From NCBI GenBank assembly GCA_963809485.1, contig CAWEJX010000016.1, forward strand, positions 87,659-151,658: a stretch of DNA of 64,000 bases, in the 5' to 3' direction. The position numbers were made by a program, and so were the translations under genes. This stretch comes from an uncultured Acidobacteriota bacterium. GTDB lineage: Bacteria > Acidobacteriota > UBA6911. This document shows positions 56,881 to 64,000 of the stretch, piece after piece (the stretch's first letter is position 1; every line of letters starts with the position of its first letter). The notes under the pieces were generated by a model. That model was not told where the DNA came from and did no database searches. It saw nothing but the letters and a program-made list of their open reading frames with translations.

Positions 56881-58449
56881 ATGGAAATTGGCCATATCCT
56901 CTCATGGGTTATTTACCTGCCGGCGCTGGCCGCCCTGGCCCTGCTCCTCATTCCCAGGGCATCCGATAGAGCGGTCCGGCACGTGGCCTTCTGGGCTTCC
57001 CTGCTGACGTTCATTCTCTCGCTTCAGCTCGCTTACCGTTTTGATGCCTCTCAGGGCGGCATGCAGTTTGAGGAATCGGTTCCGTGGATTCATACGGCAA
57101 CGTATAGTATCAGCCATCATATCGGGATCGACGGCATCAGCCTGTTCCTGGTGATTCTGACAACCTTCCTGACTCCCCTGGCCATTCTATCGTCATGGAA
57201 GTCGGTCACCCGCAGGGTGAAGCCCTACATGATCTGCCTCCTGGCCCTCGAGACCGGCATGACGGGCGTCTTTTGTGCTCTGGACCTGGTGCTCTTCTAC
57301 GTTTTCTGGGAAGTCATGCTGATTCCCATGTATTTCCTGATAGGCGTCTGGGGAGGCGAGCGAAGAATTTACGCGGCGGTCAAATTTATCCTGTACACGA
57401 TGGCCGGATCGCTTCTCATGCTCCTGGCCATTCTCTATCTGTTCTTTGCGAACGGCGCGACGACTTTTGACCTTGTGCATATTGCGGAACGGCTGTCTTC
57501 CGGCGCGGTGCGGCTCACCGGCCCCGAGGAATTCTGGCTTTTCATGGCTTTCCTGATTGCCTTTGCGATCAAGGTCCCGATGTTCCCGTTCCACACGTGG
57601 CTCCCGGATGCGCACGTGGAGGCTCCCACGGCAGGCTCCGTCATCCTGGCGGGAGTCCTGCTCAAAATGGGCACCTATGGGCTTCTGCGCTTCTGCCTGC
57701 CCTTGTTCCCGGCTGCTTCCGTCAGCGCGGCGCCCTACATCTCGATCCTCGCACTCATCGGCATCATTTACGGAGCCCTCGTCTCCATGGTGCAACCGGA
57801 CATCAAAAAGCTCGTGGCGTATTCTTCCGTCAGCCACATGGGGCTGGTGGTCCTGGGGATTTTCGCTTTCACGACCCAGGGGCTGCAGGGGTCGACGATG
57901 CAGATGCTCAATCACGGTCTGTCCACCGGAGCGCTCTTCCTTCTGGTCGGAATGATCTACGACCGCCGCCACACGCGCATGATTTCGGATTTTGGCGGTA
58001 TTGCGCATGTCAATCCGGTGCTGGCTTCTTTCTTTATGATTGTGACGCTTTCCTCCATCGGTCTGCCCGGATTGAACGGCTTCGTGGGAGAGGTGCTGGT
58101 ACTGGTGGGAACCTTTGCCCGCAACAGGGCGTTCGCCGCTATTGCAGCCCTGGGGATGATACTGGGGGCCGTATACATGCTGTGGATGTATCAGCGGGTT
58201 TTCCTGGGCAAACTGACGAATGCGGCAAATGAGGCAATGACCGATATCGACTTGCGCGAAAAACTGATCCTGCTTCCGATCGTCCTGGTCATGTTGTGGA
58301 TGGGTGTTTACTCGGCTCCCTTCCTGCGCCCGATGGACGCTTCCCTCGAGCGGGTGCAGCAGAGAATAGAGCGTGCGCGCAGGCCCGAGGGCGGATACCG
58401 GGTGGAATTCAGGCAGGTTGCGCCGGTCTCCAGCGAGAGAGCGAAATAA
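56881..58449 (+). CDS. nuoM: NADH-quinone oxidoreductase subunit M
   Basis: FWE..LIPMY, HTWLPDAHVEAP, AYSSVSHMG. Confidence 0.97.
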   Translation: MEIGHILSWVIYLPALAALALLLIPRASDRAVRHVAFWASLLTFILSLQLAYRFDASQGGMQFEESVPWIHTATYSISHHIGIDGISLFLVILTTFLTPLAILSSWKSVTRRVKPYMICLLALETGMTGVFCALDLVLFYVFWEVMLIPMYFLIGVWGGERRIYAAVKFILYTMAGSLLMLLAILYLFFANGATTFDLVHIAERLSSGAVRLTGPEEFWLFMAFLIAFAIKVPMFPFHTWLPDAHVEAPTAGSVILAGVLLKMGTYGLLRFCLPLFPAASVSAAPYISILALIGIIYGALVSMVQPDIKKLVAYSSVSHMGLVVLGIFAFTTQGLQGSTMQMLNHGLSTGALFLLVGMIYDRRHTRMISDFGGIAHVNPVLASFFMIVTLSSIGLPGLNGFVGEVLVLVGTFARNRAFAAIAALGMILGAVYMLWMYQRVFLGKLTNAANEAMTDIDLREKLILLPIVLVMLWMGVYSAPFLRPMDASLERVQQRIERARRPEGGYRVEFRQVAPVSSERAK

Positions 58450-59892
58450 ATGAACAACGATTTTGTGTTTCTCATCCCGCAATTCATACTGATCGCCGCC
58501 GGAACCGCGCTCATGCTGATGGAGCCCTTCACTCCCCCGGAGCGCAAGGGCCGCTTGGGACGCACCGCGGTGCTGGCGGCCGCCGCAGCCGCCTACAGCC
58601 TGAGCTTCCAGTGGAACATCCGGCCGCGCACCCTTCTGGGCGGCATGCTTGTTGTGGACAATTTCAGCATTTTCTTCCAGTGGCTTTTCATCGTAATCGC
58701 CGGTGTTTCCGCGTTCATTTCCATGAAATTCAACGAGCGGGAATCCATCAACCGCGGGGAATACTACGCTCTGCTGCTGTTCGCGTGCTCGGGCATGTGC
58801 CTGATGGCCGCAAGCGTCGACCTGATCCTGACTTTTCTCGGAATTGAAATTCTCTCCATCGCGACCTATATCCTCGCCGGATTCAAACGCAGCAACGTCC
58901 GCTCCAACGAATCGTCCCTGAAATATTTCCTGCTCGGCTCTTTCGCCACTGCATTTCTGCTTTATGGAATAGCCCTTATATACGGCAGTACGGCCAGCAC
59001 CAGCTACTCGTCGATTCGCGATCTCGTTTCGCTGCAGGGGGATGTTCAGGGAATGATGGTGGCCGGCATGGGACTCCTGCTGGTGGGATTTGGCTTCAAG
59101 GTGGCGCTGGTCCCTTTCCATTCCTGGGCGCCGGATGTTTATGAAGGGGCGCCGACACCCGTAACCGCGTTCATGACCGTCGGTCCCAAGGCGGCCGGCT
59201 TCGCGGCGCTTCTTCGAATCCTTGCGCAGGCCCTTCCTTCCATGGCCGGTAGCTGGGGACCGATCCTGTGGCTTCTGTGCATCCTGACGATGACGCTGGG
59301 CAACGTTGTCGCGGTGCTCCAGACGAACGTGAAACGCATGCTGGCGTATTCCGCAATCGCGCACGCCGGATATATCCTGATCGGGGTCCTGGTGAACAGC
59401 CGGATGGGCTTCAGCGCCGTCCTCTTTTACCTGGTTATTTATACGGTCATGAACCTGGTGGCATTCAGCGTCGTCCTGTCTCTCAGCCGCCAAGGAGACG
59501 AACACGTCTATCTGAACGACTACATCGGTTTGGGACGCAAAGCGCCGTTCGCGGCGGCTGCGCTTTCTCTCGCCCTCATATCGCTGGCCGGCATACCGCT
59601 GACAGGCGGATTCATCGGCAAGTTTTACCTTTTCAGCGCGGCGGTGCAGAAGGGATTTATCGGGCTCGCTATTATCGGCGTCCTCAACAGCGTTTTGTCG
59701 GTTTTCTACTATTTCCGGCTCATGGTTTACATGTATATGAGAGAACCCGGCGCGGATATGCCGGAACCTGAGCCGATCAGCTGGCCGGTCCAGGTCCTCA
59801 TCGGCATCGGCGCCCTCTGCATTTTGTGGCTTGGAATCCACCCCGATAAAATCCTTACCCTTGCTGGCTACTCGAGTCTTGCCCTAAAATAA
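58450..59892 (+). CDS. nuoN: NADH-quinone oxidoreductase subunit N
   Basis: KYFLLG, PFHSWAPDVYEGAP, KRMLAYS. Confidence 0.97.
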   Translation: MNNDFVFLIPQFILIAAGTALMLMEPFTPPERKGRLGRTAVLAAAAAAYSLSFQWNIRPRTLLGGMLVVDNFSIFFQWLFIVIAGVSAFISMKFNERESINRGEYYALLLFACSGMCLMAASVDLILTFLGIEILSIATYILAGFKRSNVRSNESSLKYFLLGSFATAFLLYGIALIYGSTASTSYSSIRDLVSLQGDVQGMMVAGMGLLLVGFGFKVALVPFHSWAPDVYEGAPTPVTAFMTVGPKAAGFAALLRILAQALPSMAGSWGPILWLLCILTMTLGNVVAVLQTNVKRMLAYSAIAHAGYILIGVLVNSRMGFSAVLFYLVIYTVMNLVAFSVVLSLSRQGDEHVYLNDYIGLGRKAPFAAAALSLALISLAGIPLTGGFIGKFYLFSAAVQKGFIGLAIIGVLNSVLSVFYYFRLMVYMYMREPGADMPEPEPISWPVQVLIGIGALCILWLGIHPDKILTLAGYSSLALK

Positions 59893-59916
59893 TAATTTAG
59901 CCAATTGGAGCAAGTG

Positions 59917-60387
59917 ATGATTGATGTGCGCAAGAGATTGCAGCAAGAGCTTAATGTCATCGAACGGGAACTGCGGGTGGATTTGCCGAGGGAGATTCTG
60001 CGCGCCAGGGAACATGGGGATCTCAGCGAAAACGCCGAATTCAAAGCCGCAAAAGAGCGGCAATCCTACCTGGAGGGAAGAAAGGCGCAGCTGCAGCAGA
60101 GACTCGCCGCTTTGTCCCTGGTCAATTTGGAGAAGATTCCCACAGACCGGGCAGCCTACGGATCGAGGGTTGTGCTTTACGAATATGATTCGGAAAAGGA
60201 AATCGAGTATCAGCTGGTTTCTTCGGAGGAAACCGACATAAGCCGCGGATTAATATCCATTACATCGCCGATCGGCCGCAGCCTTGTAGGCAAAGCCGTG
60301 GGTGACAGCATTGAAATCGTCACCCCGTCAGGCAGGAAAGACTACGAGATGCGGAGCCTGAAAACCATCCACGACATCGAGGAATAA
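59917..60387 (+). CDS. greA: Transcription elongation factor GreA
   Basis: GDLSENAEF, ISITSPIGRSL. Confidence 0.93.
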   Translation: MIDVRKRLQQELNVIERELRVDLPREILRAREHGDLSENAEFKAAKERQSYLEGRKAQLQQRLAALSLVNLEKIPTDRAAYGSRVVLYEYDSEKEIEYQLVSSEETDISRGLISITSPIGRSLVGKAVGDSIEIVTPSGRKDYEMRSLKTIHDIEE

Positions 60388-60391
60388 AATA

Positions 60392-60442
60392 CCGAATACG
60401 CGAATGCCTTAAAATATTGTTCCAGGCGGTTCGCGTATTCGG
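60392..60442. terminator. Hairpin between convergent greA and atpE
   Basis: ccgaatacgcgaa / ttcgcgtattcgg perfect 13-bp inverted repeat. Confidence 0.55.
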
Positions 60443-60452
60443 CTCCGGATTT

Positions 60453-60779
60453 TTACCCGTAAATCAAAAGAATAATCACGACAAAAGTCAGCAGGGCCAG
60501 GAACTCGATAAAGGCCAGGCCCAGGAAAATAAACATGCGGATCGTATCGGTGGCCCCGGGATTCCGTGAAACCCCTTCGCATGCCGCGGTCAGAGCACGG
60601 CTTTGGGCATATCCGCAGCCGGCGGCAGCCAGAGCCATGCCGAAGGCCGAGGCGATAAGAAGCCACTGGTTTTTTCCCTCAGGCGCGGCCGCGCCTGCCT
60701 CGCTCTGGGCAAAGACCGGAATCGCCCCTGCCAAAAGGGTCCCCGCGATCAAAAGTATCAAAACCGACTTTCTGCCCAT
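60453..60779 (-). CDS. atpE: F0 ATP synthase subunit c with N-terminal extension
   Basis: EGVSRNP loop, AFIEFLAL carboxylate. Confidence 0.93.
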   Translation of the reverse strand: MGRKSVLILLIAGTLLAGAIPVFAQSEAGAAAPEGKNQWLLIASAFGMALAAAGCGYAQSRALTAACEGVSRNPGATDTIRMFIFLGLAFIEFLALLTFVVIILLIYG

Positions 60780-60832
60780 CAAACTCTCCTTTCAGTAAAT
60801 CCTTCAGGGTGCAACCGTTTCAAAATTTCCTC

Positions 60833-61630
60833 TCAAGCGGTTGCCATAGGAATTTCAGATTTATGCACTGTTTTTTCGTTGTGGGTTTCGCCGTGGCTTT
60901 CATCGTGAGATTCCTCCACAGCGCCCGAGATGTATACCATAGTAAGCATGATAAAGATAAAAGCCTGAATCGTGCTGAGAAGAAGCGCCAGCAGCATAAC
61001 CGGGATCGACACCAGGAAAGGGAAAATGTACTGGTTCAGCGATCCGATGATCAGCTCTTCGGCGAAGATATTGCCGAACAGGCGGACGCTCAGGGAAAAA
61101 GGGCGCGCAAGGTGGCTGATTATCTCAATGGCAAAGAGGAGGGGCGCCAGCCACACGACGGGTCCCGAAAAGTGCTTCATGTATTTGGAAAAACCGTGTT
61201 TTCGGATTCCATGATAGTTGTAATAGATGAAAACGCTGAGCGCGCACGAGGCGGTGACATTGAGGTTGCTGGTAGGGGAGATGAATCCCGGGACCATCCC
61301 CAGGATATTGCCCACCAGGATATAAACGGCCAGCGTGCAGATGATGGGCGTGAACTGTCTGCTTCCCGGGCCGATCACCTCTTTCATCAACCCCTGAATA
61401 GCTTCGAATACCACCTCGACGAGATGCTGAGCCCTTTTAGGATTTTCGACGCTGAGCTGCTTCCGCAGCCAGAGCGCGAACAGGATCAGGGCCAGCGCAA
61501 TGATCAGGATCATTACGATGGGATCCGGCACGGCGTGGTGACCGGGGCTCAGATGAAGCCCCATGGCGCGCCACAAGGGATCGAACAGGTAAGCATTGAG
61601 GAGATTGGCGACCGATGAAGTTTCGTGCAT
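60833..61630 (-). CDS. atpB: F0 ATP synthase subunit a
   Basis: RPFSLSVRLFGNI, IQAFIF. Confidence 0.95.
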   Translation of the reverse strand: MHETSSVANLLNAYLFDPLWRAMGLHLSPGHHAVPDPIVMILIIALALILFALWLRKQLSVENPKRAQHLVEVVFEAIQGLMKEVIGPGSRQFTPIICTLAVYILVGNILGMVPGFISPTSNLNVTASCALSVFIYYNYHGIRKHGFSKYMKHFSGPVVWLAPLLFAIEIISHLARPFSLSVRLFGNIFAEELIIGSLNQYIFPFLVSIPVMLLALLLSTIQAFIFIMLTMVYISGAVEESHDESHGETHNEKTVHKSEIPMATA

Positions 61631-61634
61631 ATCC

Positions 61635-62009
61635 TTAAGAGCTGCTCTTGAATGCCTCCAGAATGCCTTCAAGAAAAATGCCGCAGCTGAATACCGCAAA
61701 CCCTGCAGTTGCAGCGATAATCCCGAATGAAAGGAGCCGCATCATAACATAGAGGCATAGGGGAATCAACACCAGGCGCAGCAGATAACCTGCGGCGATC
61801 CGGAAACCCGATCTGCCCGGCCCCCGCAGGAGAGCCGCATTCACGGTATGCCTCAGCATGGCGAGGTTGGCGGCTGAAAGCAGTCCGCCTGCCAGAAACG
61901 ACGCTCCGGAGCGGACTCCAAAAATCAGAGCGGTCACTAGGGCGCCGACAGCGACCAGGCCGCCTCCCATGCGGAAGATACGGGATTCGATGCTAGGAGC
62001 GCGGTTCAC
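61635..62009 (-). CDS. atpI: ATP synthase protein I
   Basis: 4-TM protein directly upstream of atpB. Confidence 0.75.
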   Translation of the reverse strand: MNRAPSIESRIFRMGGGLVAVGALVTALIFGVRSGASFLAGGLLSAANLAMLRHTVNAALLRGPGRSGFRIAAGYLLRLVLIPLCLYVMMRLLSFGIIAATAGFAVFSCGIFLEGILEAFKSSS

Positions 62010-62226
62010 CTTTGCTCCGTTGGTCCTGAACCAGGATCTTGATGACTTCGTAAAGGCCGGCCACGGCGCCGAGAAGAGTCAGGGAAAGGCTGCCCCATGG
62101 GTATGAAGAAAGGTAGCGATCGACCAAAAAGTACCCCACCAACCAACCGGCTGCCATGGAACTTGGGAGAACAAATATGATGGTTGAAAGCCGGCCCATT
62201 CTGGAATAAAAGGTTGGATCTGGCAT
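61993..62226 (-). CDS. AtpZ/AtpI-family small membrane protein
   Basis: G..VGY..DRYL..YPW...LG. Confidence 0.75.
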   Translation of the reverse strand: MPDPTFYSRMGRLSTIIFVLPSSMAAGWLVGYFLVDRYLSSYPWGSLSLTLLGAVAGLYEVIKILVQDQRSKGEPRS

Positions 62227-62357
62227 TATGGATTTACCCCCATGCTTGAGAAATCCGCAAACAGCACACAACCACTAGAGGTCATTATCTATCGTTCTGC
62301 CGGTATACACAAATTCCCTTTGGCGGACAGGCCAATCTTTGGTAGGCTTTCAGTCCG

Positions 62358-62451
62358 GGAGAGGTACCGAAGAGGTCGTAACGGGTCCGACTCGAAATCG
62401 GATTACGGCTCAAAAAGCTGTACGTGGGTTCGAATCCCACCCTCTCCGCCA
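62358..62451 (+). tRNA. tRNA-Ser (CGA)
   Basis: GGAGAGG...TCCGA-CTCGAAA-TCGGA, long variable arm, GTTCGAATC, CCTCTCC-G-CCA. Confidence 0.96.
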
Positions 62452-62529
62452 ACTAACTTACTGTAATAAAATAACTTATAAATTCGATATTGACCGTGAG
62501 TGTGATATGTGTGGTACTGTTGGGATATC

Positions 62530-63660
62530 ATGCTGGCAATATTCCGCAGGCATACCCTCAAATGCAGGTACAAATCACGCAAGAAAAGAAACTGCTCCTG
62601 TCCAATTCATGTTGAGGGGACGCTGCGCGGAAAAACCATACGCAAGTCCCTGGAAACCAGAAACTGGGATACAGCTCAATCCATCGTCCGCGAATGGGAA
62701 TCCGCAGGCAAGTCCGACATTGCCGTGCAGTTCAGCGTGGCCAAAGAAAAGTTCATTCAAGAACTGGCGGGCAGAAACCTCCACTGGACCACATTCAACA
62801 AATACAAACTTGTGATGCGGCAATTGGAGGAATTCGCCGCCGAAAAAGATTTGAAACTCCTGAAGCATTTTGATCTGCCGACGCTGAGAGATTTCACGGC
62901 GACCTGGAATGTTGGACCTCTTTCTAAAAGCAAGAAGATCGAACGTCTTCGCACATTTTTGACTTTCAGCCAGGGATCAGGCTGGATTGATAACAATCCT
63001 GCCCAGCATCTTAAGCGTCCCATCGTGCATGAAAAGCCAACACTTCCCTTCTCCCGGGATGAAATGAACCTAATGAAGGAGACTGCCAGCGGAATTTTGC
63101 TGACATTCATTCTAGTGCTGCGCTATTCCGGCCTCCGAATTTCGGATGCAGCGATGCTAAAAAGTTCGGCTTTGAACGGCGACAAACTTTTTTTACACAT
63201 GGCAAAGACGGGCGAGCCGGTTTATGTTCCCCTGCCCGGGGAATTGGTCATTTTGCTGAACCAAACAGGAACAAAGGACGGGTACTATTTCGCCGCCGGA
63301 TCCAGGCGGATGGAAACTGTAGCCAACAACTGGCGAAAAAGACTCGCGACGCTATGGAAACACATTGGAATACAGGGTGGACATCCACACCGTTTCAGAG
63401 ACACTTTCGCTGTCGAGCTGCTCCGGGGAGGGGTAGACATCGAAACAGTCTCCATGCTGCTCGGCCATGCATCGGTCAAAGTCACTGAAAAACACTATGC
63501 GCCATGGGTACGAGAACGCCAGATGAAACTGGAGCAGGAGGTTCGAAAAAGCTGGGAATCGGAAGGTATCATTCCAACAACCTTGGTGCGCGGCGTGCCA
63601 ATTGAAAGCAACTCCAGTCCAATGCAGGACAACGAGAAAAACTCTTCTACAATCCATTAG
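62530..63660 (+). CDS. Tyrosine recombinase/integrase
   Basis: YSGLRISD, HRFRDTF, LGH, KHY catalytic residues; N-terminal RRH...C...CSC. Confidence 0.93.
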   Translation: MLAIFRRHTLKCRYKSRKKRNCSCPIHVEGTLRGKTIRKSLETRNWDTAQSIVREWESAGKSDIAVQFSVAKEKFIQELAGRNLHWTTFNKYKLVMRQLEEFAAEKDLKLLKHFDLPTLRDFTATWNVGPLSKSKKIERLRTFLTFSQGSGWIDNNPAQHLKRPIVHEKPTLPFSRDEMNLMKETASGILLTFILVLRYSGLRISDAAMLKSSALNGDKLFLHMAKTGEPVYVPLPGELVILLNQTGTKDGYYFAAGSRRMETVANNWRKRLATLWKHIGIQGGHPHRFRDTFAVELLRGGVDIETVSMLLGHASVKVTEKHYAPWVRERQMKLEQEVRKSWESEGIIPTTLVRGVPIESNSSPMQDNEKNSSTIH

Positions 63661-63869
63661 CTCTCGCTTTTACTTTCAAAATACCCTAAAGCCGATCGCG
63701 GAATCCGCAGCGTACGATAAGGTCTCCGTTTGCGACGCATATTCCCGAGAACCAGCACTCCCGGCACATCAACGAACATCCGATAGACGGAATCCACGGA
63801 TATTCTGAGAATGGACGCAACCTCCCGCGGAGTTAGATAGTCATTGGATTGTATTTCAAGCGGGGACAT
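63657..63869 (-). CDS. Excisionase-like helix-turn-helix protein
   Basis: YLTPREVASILRIS..SVYR, RIP; convergent with the integrase. Confidence 0.82.
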   Translation of the reverse strand: MSPLEIQSNDYLTPREVASILRISVDSVYRMFVDVPGVLVLGNMRRKRRPYRTLRIPRSALGYFESKSES

Positions 63870-63909
63870 TGCTTAAAATTCCCATGAATGGGTATATTGA
63901 CTCCCCGGA

Positions 63910-63999
63910 TCAATGTCCTTCGGCTTCAAGTTTTTTTCTTATCGCCGCTGCTTCCTCGGGAGGCAGCCGTTTCAGGTTGTAGCGCTCGCTGTATTGGAA
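63910..63999 (-). CDS. 3' end of an unidentified island gene
   Basis: Open frame FQYSERYNLKRLPPEEAAAIRKKLEAEGH* running off the window edge. Confidence 0.35.
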   Translation of the reverse strand, partial: FQYSERYNLKRLPPEEAAAIRKKLEAEGH

Positions 64000-64000
64000 T

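Larger units (their letters stand above)
62452..64000. mobile_element. Left end of an integrative element or prophage inserted at tRNA-Ser
   Basis: AT-rich stretch after the tRNA CCA, then integrase and convergent excisionase; visibly lower GC. Confidence 0.8.

Overview
GC-rich bacterial chromosomal window. Acidobacteriota-like is an inference from the short PheT, split nuo/atp operons, bshB1-bshC, the extended c-subunit and the integrase type. Bases 1-27.7 kb are mostly housekeeping: ymdB (partial), zapAB, pheST, rplT-rpmI-infC-thrS, tRNA-Val, an S41-like protein, ruvX-mltG, a heterodimeric ABC exporter, a sugar transferase, bshB1/bshC-like, tsaE, nnr, an M48 peptidase, TolC and pilD. Bases 27.8-47.1 kb are an accessory catabolic patchwork: two unannotated desulforedoxin-like miniproteins, CoA-transferases, crotonases, a corrinoid/UroD methyltransferase pair plus a collapsed remnant, a Tat flavoprotein, hydantoinase/oxoprolinase A/B, an SDR, a fused CaiB and an amidohydrolase. 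Bases 47.2-62.5 kb hold minor pilins split by trpD, a frameshifted menG/ubiE, aroB, an IscU-like gene, nuoE-JKLMN, greA, atpZIBE and tRNA-Ser. From 62.45 kb an integrative element begins (integrase and excisionase). Two layers of intergenic repeats stand out: a family of transposase-less elements with IS200-type ends, all in one orientation and carrying variable hairpin cargo, and several unrelated short tandem-repeat arrays, often as inverted pairs, including (TTAGGGA)8. All calls come from reading the sequence; no database search was run.
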